A stretch of 64,000 nucleotides of DNA from Octopus vulgaris. Taxonomy: Eukaryota. A program made the translations under genes and the position numbers. The number at the start of each line of letters is the position of its first letter. Position 1 is the stretch's first letter. Positions 43,653 through 56,884 of this stretch are shown here, piece by piece. Under the pieces are notes generated by a model. That model was not told where the DNA came from. It searched no databases and was given only the letters and a program-made list of their open reading frames with translations. The DNA lies in contig OX597823.1 of the NCBI GenBank assembly GCA_951406725.2, positions 78,802,001-78,866,000 on the forward strand. The letters are read 5' to 3'.

Positions 43653-43866
43653 TCGCCATGTTGATTCGTTAGTTACTGCACGCATTTTTTTTCTCTCCTT
43701 CTTTCTGTGTTTTTTTTCTCTCTGTGTATCTTTCTGTTGAAGAGCGTAGGCTCGAAACGTTAAAGACTTGTTTTATTTATATTTCCTGAGCGCCATACTA
43801 ATACAATTGTTTGTTTGTTTTCCACCTGCCTTCGTCTTTTGTCTATTTTCATAAAGCTTCCCGTTA
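43653..43866 (+). mobile_element. ~210-bp (TA)n-embedded element with hammerhead-like motif, copy 2
   Basis: TCTTT-CTGTTGA-A-GAGC GTAG GCTC-GAAACGTT-AAAGA. Related motif at ~22075-22105. Confidence 0.75.
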
Positions 43867-44639
43867 TATATATATATATATATATATAGCAGCGTACGTA
43901 CATATTGGTCTCTTATAGGTAAGTATACATTTTTCTAAATTTTGTACGACTCTATTTCTGTCTATCAGCCCTTTCACGCTCGTTTGTTCATTCCACTCTT
44001 CGTTCTTTCGTTCCCCCTCTCTCACATTTCTTTGCTTTCTCTTCTTACTCTCTTTCCCTCCACTTTTCACTTCACTGCGTTCCTGTCAATTTTTCTCGTC
44101 CCTCCTTAATTGTTCTGTCCCTCTGCTCCTACTTCTCTCTCTTTTCTTCCCACGTGACCGGCGTTCCGCCAAGCCTGTTCTTTCTTTCTTAGTCTGCCCG
44201 TTGTCCGTGCAACATTGATATTCCTCCCTGTGTTTGTGAAATCTTCTATCCCTACCGTAAGGCTTCATTTCCCCCCACACCAGCTTAATTCAATTCGTCC
44301 TTAGTCGAAAGACACCTGTTGTTATGTCCTGTTATTATTTTTATTGTATTTGGGTATCGTCCGTTTTTTCCGTCCTTGTTTTTGTATACATTCGCTGCTT
44401 TCTTCCAAGGAATCTAATGCTCTTAGCTTAGTTTTTCCTAGGGACTGGCCAGATTGGAGCAATCTCAAGAATAATCAGTCGAAATTGCGAGGATAATCTG
44501 GTGCTTGACTGAGGAAAGAAAACTTCGAATGACCCGTCCTTGTTTTCTTTGTATCGTCTATCTGGATGTTTTGTTGTCCCATTTTTGTATCACCTAGCTG
44601 TCCGGATGTTTTGCCTTCTTGTCCCATTTTGTGTGTGTG

Positions 44640-45429
44640 TCTCAGACGGATTTATGGCATTAATTGGGAGGACCGCATCAGTCATCTTGAGATATTGGAA
44701 GGCTCTCGGTGTGAAAGTACAGAAGCTCTTGTGTTGAAGCAAAGGCTTAGATAAAGTGGTCATCTGGTTAGGATGAAAGATTCAAGGATGCCAAAACAAC
44801 TCTTTTATGGAGAGTTAGCTAAAGAAGAACGACCTCCACGTAAACCAAAAAAAGGTATAAAGACTTGCTGAAGGCTTCATTAAGAGATGCTAGCATCTCT
44901 CCTGACACATGAGAGAACATAGCTATTGATCGTAGCAGGTGGATAAGGATTGTGTACGAGGAGACAGCTACTTTTGAGAAATCTCGAGTTGCGCATATGA
45001 AAGTAAGGAGGGATGTCAGGAAAGGCATCGTTGTTGCACTTCCAGATGGTAAGGGTCTTCCTATGATGCTGACATGCAGTGTCTGTGCAAGAACCTGCCT
45101 CAGTAAAGCTGGACTCAAGAGTCATCTTCGCAGTCTTAAAGCGAGACAGATGAGTAACAGCCTGTCCACTGGTGGTGGTGTAACACACCAAACTAATCAT
45201 ATCTGTCGGGCATGTGGAAGAGAGTGTAATTCGGCGGGAGGACTTAAACGACAGGCAAAAGTACACGTAACACAGTTACAACTACAGCCGGCTATTGCCG
45301 GTAAAGGTTTTAGCTGCCAATTCTGTACAAGACATTGTAGATCTTTAGCTGGGCTAAAAGGTCACATTTGATCACAGCAGCGTGAGCAGTTAAGCCTTGT
45401 GCAATAGGCATACGCGATTACAAGAGGCA

Positions 45430-45440
<11 letters not shown>
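44640..45440 (+). mobile_element. RTE (BovB-like) LINE 3' fragment with C-terminal C2H2 fingers
   Basis: INWEDRISHLEIL...QRLR*SGHLVRMKDSRMPKQLFYGEL, then CSVC..KAGLKSH, CRAC..GGLKRQ and CQFC..LAGLKGH. Confidence 0.8.
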
Positions 45441-45460
<20 letters not shown>

Positions 45461-45494
45461 GATGTGTGTACGTGTGTGTGTGTGTATGTTTGTG

Positions 45495-45688
45495 AGTCTA
45501 TATTTGTTCCCTATCCATCGCTTGACAACCGATGGTGGTGTGTTTACGTCGCCGTAACTTAGCAGTACAACAGAGACCGATAGAAGTACTAGGCTTACAA
45601 AAGAATAAGTATTGGGGTCGATTTGTTCGATTAAATTTCATGATCCAGCATGGCCGCAGTCAAATGACAGAAACCAATAAAAGAATAG

Positions 45689-45690
<2 letters not shown>
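45495..45690 (+). mobile_element. SINE 3' half (CCAGCATGGCC tail family)
   Basis: CATCGCTTGACAACCGATG...CCAGCATGGCCGCAGTCAAATGAC. Confidence 0.75.
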
Positions 45691-45748
<58 letters not shown>

Positions 45749-45842
45749 ATATATATGCGTGTAAGTGTGTGTGTGCATGTATGTACATGTATGTATATGC
45801 GTATATATATATATATACATGTATGTATATGCATGTATATAC

Positions 45843-45912
<70 letters not shown>

Positions 45913-46816
45913 ATGAGAGTGTTCGTGTATGTGTGTGTGTGTGTGTCTCGAACAATAGCATACGGTGAAAACTGTTATTATTTCAAGGGGATTTTGCAAC
46001 TACTTAAAGAGGCCTAGGGCATTCGGAGGCTCCTGAATATTGGATAGAGTATAGATAGCAACGATAATTAGATCCTATTGTCATTACTTTATAATTATGT
46101 TCATTATTTAATGTTTATTGTCAGGATAAGCATCTAAGAGGATCATTTGAACGTCAGGTCAAATTGCCATGCGGTATCTCTTCTGACTCCCTACGTTTCT
46201 ATGTTGAAACCCCGCGGAGATTAACTTTACTTTTCTTCTATTCAGGGTTTATAAGATGATGCACTAATGAAGTACTGATATCAAGAGTACTGGTGAACCA
46301 TCTCTCGCCAATTAAAAGCCATTATTTAATGAATATCATGTTTATTATTTCATGCGTTGATGGCCATTAGTACACATAAGATGCAATATTTCTCGTTTAG
46401 GTTGTTCGCGGTTTTTGTGGAAAGATTCCGTTCCATAAACAGCACTATGCTACAGAACAGGTTACCAAATATATTATTTAAATCTTTCATTTCCACTGAT
46501 TTTCGTTAAAAAATTTTAATATTTTTCTGATTTCGGCTAATGAATTTATGAGTGTAAATTCATAGTTCTACGACATTGATAAAGAAGCCTAAACAAATGG
46601 AAATAAAAGAGGAATAGTATATGGAAAAGGTGCGCTTGTTGTAGGATATTTTTAACAGGAGAAAATTGAAACAGCATCGCAAAATACTAATTTTAAAACA
46701 AAAAACTCCAGACAATAATTCACTGCTTAATTGCAGATTGACCCGCACAAATCCCGTAACCTCTTGTAGCTCATGGGTTCGCTTCGTGCTTTTAAGGAAG
46801 ATATATCTAATTGTGC

Positions 46817-47184
46817 GGAGGCGCAATGGCCCAGTGGTTAGGGCAGCGGATTGCGGTTTCGATTCCCAGACCGGGCGTTGTGAGTGTTTATTGAGCGAAA
46901 ACACCTAAAAAGCTCCACGAGCCTCCGGCAGGGATGGTGGTGATCCCTGCTGTACTCTTTCACCACAACTTTCTCTCACTCTTACTTCCGGTTTTTGTTG
47001 TACCTGTATTTCAAAGGGCCGGCCTTGTCACTCTCTGTGTCACGCTGAATATCCCCGAGAACTACGTTAAGGGTACACGTGTCTGTGGAGTGCTCAGCCA
47101 CTTGCACGTTAATTTCACTAGCAGGCTGTTCCGTTGATCCGATCAACCGGAACCCTCGTCGTCGTAACCGACGGAGTGCTTCCC
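46817..47184 (+). mobile_element. tRNA-derived SINE (shared head; tail type 3)
   Basis: Head matches the 22812-23115 copy. Tail matches 34060-34236. Confidence 0.8.
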
Positions 47185-49319
47185 ATCTATCAATTGTCTC
47201 AGCAACGTTTAGTTAATATTCATAGAAAGCCCCTAAATATATGATTGAAGTATTGTTGTTAGAATTGTTCTGTCCAAATTCAGTTACTATTAATCCATGA
47301 CGGAGTTACTGATGCACCCCAATCCTATTATTTCAACCATTTCTCTTCTGTTCTCAAGGCATTTATTTACCCATAAATTATTTCAGAGATCATTGGTCCA
47401 GTGTTTATAATCAGAGATATTCTACTGAAAACATATCATTTGACATCTGAGCAAAAATCAATTCTTTCGTTTTCCAGTGGCATTACCAACATTTGAAAGA
47501 GCGCCCGCGTTTCAACTATGTAAACTCCGAGATTTTGAAACGCCACATCAAATTTTCTTGTTAACATTGTTCTCAATACCAGCCTAATTACTTAGGTAAA
47601 CACCAGCTTTCTGATTTAGATACAAGGCTAACAATTTTTGAATTTCCGTATTTCCTCGTGAAGTACGAAACAGGGGACTCCTGATAAAAAAAAAAACAAA
47701 TATAAAAAAGAAAAAGAGGCATGCGGTTAAGGGGACACTCACGTTGGGTCGCTGACTTGTGAGAAATACTTTTGTTATTGTCGTTGATCTCGTCGTTAAC
47801 CCAAGACCAGCTTTGATCGGGCAAGCTAAGCGTTTCCAGCCGCGTCCTGCACGTCTTAGGTTTAGGAATAGTATATATAGGACTACATTATTCATATGCC
47901 TCCCTTTCGTTTTTTAAGATGGTAGTGTGTGATTTGGGCAGGTTTGGCTTTTTTTCTTGCAGAACAAGCGACTGCAAACAGTCTACCCCATTTTGTTATT
48001 TATAGTGTATATAAAGTGTTTACACTACACTATGTCCTGAAATATCGTTTTAAATGGAATACATCTCAACTACGTATTCAGTTAGGAATGTATTACGATC
48101 TCTGCAACATTTATTTAAAAATCTATAAAAGTTTATTATTTCAATCATTAGTGATGGAATTTAATTGAAAGCAGGGGAAAAAAGCAATAATCGCATGGGA
48201 AAAGGTAGGTGATATGTGTGTAATATGGCTGCCATAAAGAGCATGTTGCAATCTTTAGCAACATAAACTTCTCGTATGCGAAAATACTGTTATATTGTTA
48301 TTTACGTTAGTTAATAGCTTCTGAAAATTCTAATTAATTCGCTCGAAATTGCTGTTGTCAAGTTTTGTTTAAACACATCAGAGGAAACATTTAATCTGTG
48401 GGTATATAAAATAACAAACATCAGAATATCCGAAAATAATAACACAAGGACATTCCCGTGTTTGTATTTTATAAGATGGAAACGACAAATATATTTGCAT
48501 GTAAGAGAAATATTTTGTTTCCTGAATCATTATTGCTTCACTCAGTATTTAGGCTTCTTTCCATAAAGTGATTATATCTAGGCATTATCTTAAAGCCACA
48601 CTGCAATAAGCGATATATCTTATTTAAGTATTATATCACACGCGTTATATTATAAGCATTAACGAAGTTATTATTAAACAGTTTAGAAATTCTCTTCCTA
48701 AATATAAAATGCCGGGTTCATTTATTGTGCGCGACATCTTGAGCAAGAATATTTTTACCAAAATTCCATATCGGTCACAAAGGTGTAAGTAAAATTAAGA
48801 AAACGGAAAGAATGTTTGGAAGCTCATGATATGGTGTGTGCTTGTAAATCAAAGAGCCAATCTCCTCACACAATGCATCATGCTGAATCTGCTAGAGAAC
48901 TGAGTTAATTGTACAAGTGTCTGGGAGATACTCAGTTATTTACGCGCTCAATCAAAGATCAGGTAGTTCAGGTGATCGCACCACGGGAATACACATCGTC
49001 GAAACCAACAGAAATCCATTATTTTATTTCAAAGGTGTTATATGTCGGTAATGTGATACATGTATCATATGCTGGTATTGTAATATAAGTATTATAAGCA
49101 TTACATATATCGTTAAGTCATTAGGCTGGTTAGGCTGGTATATCGTTATTAGTCGATATTACTAATATTACTAATATGATATTACTAATATGATATTTCA
49201 ATAATATGATATGGATGCTTACAAATATAGGAATTGTGTATTACAAGCATTATATGTCCGTATTGTGTATACAATATTAGTATGCAATTTTTATATTAGG
49301 TATTGTGTACTAGGTGTTA

Positions 49320-49495
49320 AGGCGGCGAGCTAGCAGAATCGTTAAAGCGTTGGACAATATTTTTTTGGCTCTTTACGTTCTGAGTTCAAATTTCCGCCGA
49401 ACTTAACTTTGTCTTACATTCTTACGGGGCCGACCTAATCGGCTAAACTCTTCCTCCTAAAATTTACTGGTCATATGCTAAAATTTGAAACCATT
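49320..49495 (+). mobile_element. Degenerate Meta/MESC-like SINE (another at ~50428-50610, minus)
   Basis: GGCGGCGAGCTAGCAGAATCGTTA...GAGTTCAAATT. Confidence 0.6.
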
Positions 49496-51959
49496 CTACA
49501 TTAGACATTACATTACAGATGTTTACGATATAATTAGGTGCTGCTCTACTAACAATAGAAATGTTAACATATACACGATGGTCTGCAACCGTTGTTATTA
49601 CAAATAGTTTGTAAGTCAGTTGACCTTTTAAGGAATTAAAACCTGCTTTATACTAACTTGATTTTCGGGTTATGTTTTGCTTCAATTTAATAAAATAATA
49701 ATTGAATTCATCACTGTTATCGTCGAACACAAAGAACCAATGTGATACTAACAGCTGCTGAAGATTTGCGTACCTTTAAGTATTAGAGGTTTATCTATAT
49801 AGAATATAAGTCTTCATACGAAGAAACTAGTAAATTTCGGCCTGAGGCAACTAACAAGTTCCATTTCCGAGTGAAAACTTTAAACTATTTCGAAATTATT
49901 CTTTAGTGTACTTTTTACTATAACTTCGCCATACCCACCAACCCAACAAAATAAAGCAATTGACCACAAAATTTCTTAATAGATACATACTATGACATCT
50001 GAAATTCTGCTTTCATAATACAGATTAACTGTATTATGGCTGATACATACGGGGACGAATTATTCGCAATTCATTGGTGAGCAGAATATTTTCTGTTCGC
50101 GTACTACCCATTCTACAGGAAAACAACCCTCTTGATTTGGTATCAGGCATTTAAAGGTTCATTTCTTAAAAAGAAAGTCATTATAGATAAATCAGACCTA
50201 TGGCTATTCTCTCCAGGTAGTAAATCCTACAGTAACCTTCAGTGAAAATTACTAGAGAGAAAACAAGTTGCCAACGGAAAAATATCACACCTCTTGTGTA
50301 GCTGAACCTCGTTTAAATGTATTTTTCCATGGGGAATGGGAATTTTCCGCTACGTGATCGAAAAAAACCCCGCATATTTTAGTTATTGTCTTTAAAGCTT
50401 TAGAGATGCGACAAATCCATTAATATAATGGTTTCAAATTTTAACGCGGCCAACAGTTTTTAAAAAGGGCAAGGGCAAGTTGATTATCTGCCCTTGCTAT
50501 TGCTTATCTTATCGACACTGAAAGGACGCAAGGCAGTTTTGACCTCAGCAGAATTTAAGCTCAAAGCATTAAAATGGTCGAAGTGTCGCTGAGCATTTTG
50601 TCCGGTGTACTAATATGATATCATTAAGAGTGTCAAATTTTACGAAATTCTTAAGCTGTTGTATTTTGCTTCTATGCCTGTAGCAGCTATAAATACGTTG
50701 TAACTTGCTAGCTCTGGATGTTTTGATAGTAGAAGTTACTTAAACATTTTAAACTGATTTGTCTCTGGCATTGCTCTTATTTTCACATGATAGTTTGCTC
50801 ATATTATAAAACTATTATCTGGGTAATATAGTTATGTAAAGAGAATAAAATAAAGATAGATAATGTGAGCGGAACTATATCTTTTGCTTAGCGAAGCAAA
50901 AATGTATCCCATATTTGTTTAGCTGGCAGTTTATCTCATGTTTTATCCTATCAGCCACGTTTCATTATACATCTTAACACTTTATAGATACACTATGTTT
51001 AATGGTTAATATCATGTCATTATTATTACAGCGGTGTACCTTAAATGTAGCGTAGGTGTAGATGCAAACACCGAGAAAGCCATTTTTATGACGCGGTTGT
51101 GATTTCACGTCGATCTGTTTGATGTACAACATATACTTATTGATCTCGACGATTCTCACTCGTAACATTTCCATCACATTTGTTCGAAATTGAAAATTTT
51201 AACACCCAGTTTTTTGTAAAGTAATAATGTTTTAATATTGCTTCAAATATTACATTTAGAGACGAGACACTAAATGGTTCGGTTCTTATAGCTGTAAGTG
51301 CTATAGTCAGGGAACAACTCAAAGCAGCAATTAAATTTTCGTTACATCTACAAAATCTAGTGTTTCAAAGTGTTCAAAAATCTTTTTACGTGTAAAATAT
51401 GCAATAAATATTACTTATATTCAGATCATTGAAGCTGTTTATCTTCTCAACTCAAATCAGCTTCTGAGTTCTGCTTTAGACGTGAAGTAGCTAATGGTTC
51501 TGCTCTGGTTAAAGGAAACTGGCCGCCAATGAGAGGGAAATAAGGATAACTAAGTAGACAGTTTTGATTTTCTGCCAGTATCCAGCTGAGAGCGAAAAAT
51601 GAATTACGTAGCAAAGGGCGTGAAAGAGTCCTTATGTAAAAGACAAAAATTAGAGTTTGTCACGTAGCAATCATTGTGTAAAAGGGATCTGACTCTACAG
51701 GCAAGCGTCGTGAATCTTATTATACAAGGTGATGCTTACAAAGTGATGACGTCTGCATGTGTTTTGTAGATAAAGACCGCGTTATAAATTGCTCGATCAA
51801 AATGTTCCTTACTCTGACAGAAAAAATAGATGCTCTAATAATCACCTTTCAATAACATATTTATAAGCTTGAGAGCCTGTATAGAGTCAGTATATTTGTG
51901 AGAAATAGTAACCAATCTACCTCTCAAAACAATTATTCTTTCGTGCTTTATATGAAAAC

Positions 51960-52022
<63 letters not shown>

Positions 52023-52309
52023 AATCCGAGGCAATATACGAAAGTCCCGGTTTTCACACCATTGCTCGTAGGTCAAATCTTATCAGAATTGATATAAGCA
52101 GCAAAAGCCATAACTGAAAAATAGTCTTTACATACAAGTTTAAAAACCACCACTGCATATATGAAGCAAAAAATGTGATCGCTATGTGGTAGCTCAGCCT
52201 GCTACAATTACCATTGTTATTCATGCATGCTCGTTAATGTATTCAAAATATGGTCTATATTATTCTTGTCAGCTATATATCCTACACTTAGAGAGCGAAA
52301 CTTTACAAT

Positions 52310-52385
<76 letters not shown>

Positions 52386-52478
52386 ACACACAGACACACA
52401 CATATATATATATATCAGCCCAACGGCAAGTTAAAAGCGTGTTGAACTGTGAACGAAGAAACATGACATCTTTTTCTT

Positions 52479-52523
<45 letters not shown>

Positions 52524-52555
52524 GGGTTGTGTTGACCGCGCGTGGAGAAATGATG

Positions 52556-52722
52556 GGAGACGAAAAATTATAAAAAGGCAGAATAATAAAAATGGGTGTA
52601 TGAAAAATTAAAAAAATAATTTTAAAAAATAATAAAAAATTAATAATTAATTTCCATACACCCATTTATATTAAAATTTACCTTCAATTTAGCATTCTGC
52701 CTTTTTACAATTTTTCATCTCC
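52556..52722. mobile_element. MITE-like foldback in (TA)n
   Basis: Nested inverted repeats GGAGACGAAAAATTATAAAAAGGCAGAAT/ATTCTGCCTTTTTACAATTTTTCATCTCC and AAAATGGGTGTATG/CATACACCCATTTT. Confidence 0.65.
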
Positions 52723-52761
<39 letters not shown>

Positions 52762-52989
52762 GTATATATATATATAGTTAATACAAAAAACGGAAAAAAA
52801 GACAAGAAAACAACATCAGCGGAAAGACGTAGCACACATACACGGATATATATTTTATTTCATCCGCCTTACATCATTTTGTATCAAGGAGAATTGTCGA
52901 GGCTCTATTTAAACATTGATTATTCAACACGCACGAAGATAAAGTTTTTCACCTGCCCTCCTCCCCCTCTCTCTCTCTCTCTCTCTCTC

Positions 52990-53029
<40 letters not shown>

Positions 53030-53039
53030 TACACACACT

Positions 53040-53082
<43 letters not shown>

Positions 53083-53566
53083 GCATATACACTATCGAAG
53101 CTCTAAAAGCATCACAAAAGCATCATAACTGACTAATGAACGGAAACGTGAAACTCTGAGTAGCAGTTTTTTCTGATATTTTTTTGATGTTTTTGCAGCT
53201 TTAATTAAAGAAAAAGGTTATTACCCTACCTCCGGTATTCGAGTACTATTTTTCGCCCCTTGTTTCCCATTTATATGCTTACTCTGGTATATGCATATTT
53301 ATATAAAGATCCCTTCACATTTAAACGGAATCTGAACAAATTTTTTCAAGGGATATCAGATAAACCACCTATGCCTGAATACAACTCACTCAACAAGAAC
53401 TCCTTACTTTAATGGTCCACGATACCACAAAATACCACAACACTTGTCTTAAGGATTTAGCAAATACTATCAGTTGGTGCTATCACGTTAGCCATGGCCT
53501 GGGTCGATCTTTGGTCGAAACATATCTAAGTTATGTGTATGCACACACACACACACACACACACAT

Positions 53567-53652
<86 letters not shown>

Positions 53653-53820
53653 CAGTGTACATTTAAACACATTAAGAGATGTCCATCATAGGAATGCCTT
53701 AGGCTAGAAGGAACAGCTAAAGTCCAAATCATTAATTAGGGATAAATTCTCGAAGGGAATGAAAAATAGAAACATTTACCATCTATTTCCTGGACCGGTT
53801 TCTGAATTTTTTTTAACAAG

Positions 53821-54040
53821 TAAAATAATTTACCAGGCGAAGTCTTCGTCAACAGGTACGCCAAGATTAAATATATAAACACGAAGCCAATCCACCATGT
53901 GCCTCTTGCTTATATATTATAATTTTACTCAAATCCACTGCGCAAGCGCAGTTTTTTGTCGACAGCAAATTATACCGGCAATTTTATATATTTAATCTTG
54001 GCGTAAAGTTGACGAAGACTTCGCCTGGCAAATTATTTTA
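53821..54040. mobile_element. MITE with ~58-bp terminal inverted repeats
   Basis: TAAAATAATTTACCAGGCGAAGTCTTCGTCAAC...TACGCCAAGATTAAATATATAA, with its reverse complement at ~53984-54040. Confidence 0.75.
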
Positions 54041-54059
54041 TATATATATGTATATATAT

Positions 54060-54505
54060 ATGGAGAGAAGACGAGAGAGATATGCAGTAATATATGTCTG
54101 GAAGATCCTGGAAGGAATTGTGCCAAATTTTGGCATTGTAAGCTACACCAATGCTAGAACGGGACGACACTGCCTAGTGCCAAAGATCCCAGCAATGCCA
54201 TCACGCTTCAGGACCAGCTTCTGCAACAGCCTGGGTTTCAAGGGCCTACAGCTTTTTAATATTCTCTCAAAGAGTCTGAGGAACTTGCACAAAGTAGATG
54301 TAGCGGTTTTTAAATCAAAGCTGGGCATCTTCCCGTCAAGAGTCCCAGATGAACCTACCTCACGGCAAGAGGTGCAAATGAGAGTAGCTATATCAAACTC
54401 CATTCTTCACCAAGTGCCACATGTTAGAAGAGGTTCTTCGTAATAACAGTGTAGCACAAAACGGCGGTGCATCAGCATGGCCGCAGCTATAAGCTGAAAC
54501 TAGAA
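54060..54505 (+). mobile_element. CR1/Jockey-group LINE 3' fragment
   Basis: ERRRERYAVIYVWKILEGIVPN...LFNIL...FKSKL...VPDEP. Confidence 0.75.
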
Positions 54506-54514
54506 GAGAAAAAA

Positions 54515-54550
<36 letters not shown>

Positions 54551-54570
54551 TGTATGTATGTATGTATGTA

Positions 54571-54608
<38 letters not shown>

Positions 54609-55164
54609 CATATGTATATATAGATATGTCTGCTGCTTATATACATGTGCGTGTGTGTGTTTGTGTGTGTGTGTGTTTGTAGAATAGATTCCTGGATCGA
54701 ACAATCATGGCCAGGACACTTCTAATTATGAATCAGTTGAATCTGGGCTGCTTCATGCTTAAAGGAAAACAGCAAGTATGAGAATCTAACAATGCTATTC
54801 ATCGAAACACAAGCGACTATTGAATCAATCGTTGCTTTCCTACAGTCATTGTGTAGATTTAGATGAAACGAAATTAGTCGTTATCCACAAAAGAAGTTAC
54901 GTCGGGTTTCTTTTAACTTTAAAATAAATTGTTCTTAAACAAAACGAAATTAACTGAAATTGTTCACCGAATAGTGGAATGATCAAAACCGAAAAGGTAT
55001 TGTCAATCAAAATGCTAAATTTAATATAGATTTTGAATAGCTATTTTCAATTGTTGGATACTACATTGTCTGTGTTTCGAGTGAATAACCAATTTTACGT
55101 CTGAACATCGCATAGCTGATTAACTTATGCAAATAGTCATAAGTGTATTCTGACTTTTCGTACA

Positions 55165-55211
55165 CTACCTGATGAGGAATATAGAACTCGAAACACTACG
55201 TTTTGTAGTAG
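55165..55211 (+). ncRNA. Hammerhead ribozyme (type I), complete core
   Basis: Stem I CTAC/GTAG, CTGATGA 55169-55175, short stem II GG/TC, GAAA 55190-55193, stem III ACA/TGT, GTA cleavage triplet 55205-55207. Confidence 0.55.
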
Positions 55212-55996
55212 AAAACTTACTAAGAGGTATTACCACATATACCATGTTTATATCATGTCAGAACTTAACACTTTTCATTTTGTCTTTTTCTGTATAATAA
55301 TTCATACCCGAAACGAACATTTATCGAGCACTTGGGGTGACTAATGACTAAATATGATATATTCTGCGACGTATGATTCGTCACGTTATCGAGTGTAAAT
55401 GCATTAACACATACACGTACACACACAAACACACACACACACACATTTGGTTAATATACTAACCAACGAACTAAAGTTATTTGCCAAGTCCTCAAGTAAT
55501 TTTCGAGTGAAAAAATAAATATTACTTCAGACTTGCTTCTGGATATAAATGGCATTTAAGCAGGCAATCAAATTGCATTTTTTGTATTAGTTTGAGCGGT
55601 TTCCAGCATAAAGACACTACTTGATTTATTGAAATTAGTCACTTTCGATTCCACTATCTCTAACATCTTTATCTTCGGCACCACCATCACCACCATCACC
55701 ACCAATACCATCCTCCCCACCTCCTCATGAAGCTTGATTACCGCTATCAACATGAACTGCACAAGCAACAGAAAGGGGAAAAAAAGATGTAAAACATGTA
55801 GTTTCTGGTCACAAATTTCCTACCTCCTTGTGGTGCCTGAGAAAAAGCAAAGAAAAATATAACAAAACAAAAACAAAAACAAGGAAGGGGGAAAAACACG
55901 CACACACACACACTCAATCCCTGAAATGGCAGGACAAATCAAATATTTCATATTGGATTGTGAATTATTGAAGGAAATATTTAAATTCTACTACCA

Positions 55997-56054
55997 TCAA
56001 CGTCGTCATCGTCATCATCATCATCCTCATCATCATCATCACCATCATCATCAC

Positions 56055-56098
<44 letters not shown>

Positions 56099-56099
56099 C

Positions 56100-56141
<42 letters not shown>

Positions 56142-56168
56142 CATCATCATCATCACCATAATCATCAC

Positions 56169-56239
<71 letters not shown>

Positions 56240-56252
56240 CCAGCAACAGCAT
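55997..56252. repeat. (CAT)n microsatellite
   Basis: Read directly. Confidence 0.95.
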
Positions 56253-56776
56253 CTGTAGTAGTGAAAGCTAAAAGAGAGGCAGCAATGTTAATATCTCTTT
56301 GCAAATGTCCTTACTCCCACCCGCCCCCCAAAACTAGTCATCTTTAAGTACTGACTACCAGTTAAATGAATAACTCCAACTGTTACAGCTGAAATATTAG
56401 AATATCAGATTAAGAGATGGACACTCATTATTACATAATTATAAATTCCAGGACTTAAACTATATTACTGTATGTAGCACTGTATCCCCATTTTTTATAC
56501 GTATTACAAAGACTGCATTACTCTAATAATTCAGACTATTACTAAGATATATAGCTTATAGAAATTTTTACGCCCCTAATTATGAAGAGAAGGACAGTGA
56601 TAATAATTCATTTTTCGAAGGCTTCCGAATCTGGTTAGAGCAAGACTTGGAGTAGAACTTAAAGTAGAAACTTGTTCTGCAAGTTTATAACAGTATGATG
56701 TCCACTAAAGATATTAAAAAACGATGTTGCGATGCTAAGTCTGGCTACGCATTAAATTTTCCTTGCAAGGACACAG

Positions 56777-56837
<61 letters not shown>

Positions 56838-56884
56838 ATGCACACACAGAGGAGGGAAGACGTATTTGCAGAAACATTAGCGCG

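Noticed and set aside
44505-44540. Hammerhead-like CTGAGGA...CGAATGAC
   Set aside because: GAAT instead of GAAA and no stem I.
46895-46962. HDV-like ribozyme in the SINE body (GCUCCACGAG resembles P3/L3)
   Set aside because: No 6-7-bp P1 helix followed by GG could be assigned.
55926-56304. Poly-His, poly-Met and poly-Asp ORFs
   Set aside because: Frames of a (CAT)n microsatellite with no splice or domain support.
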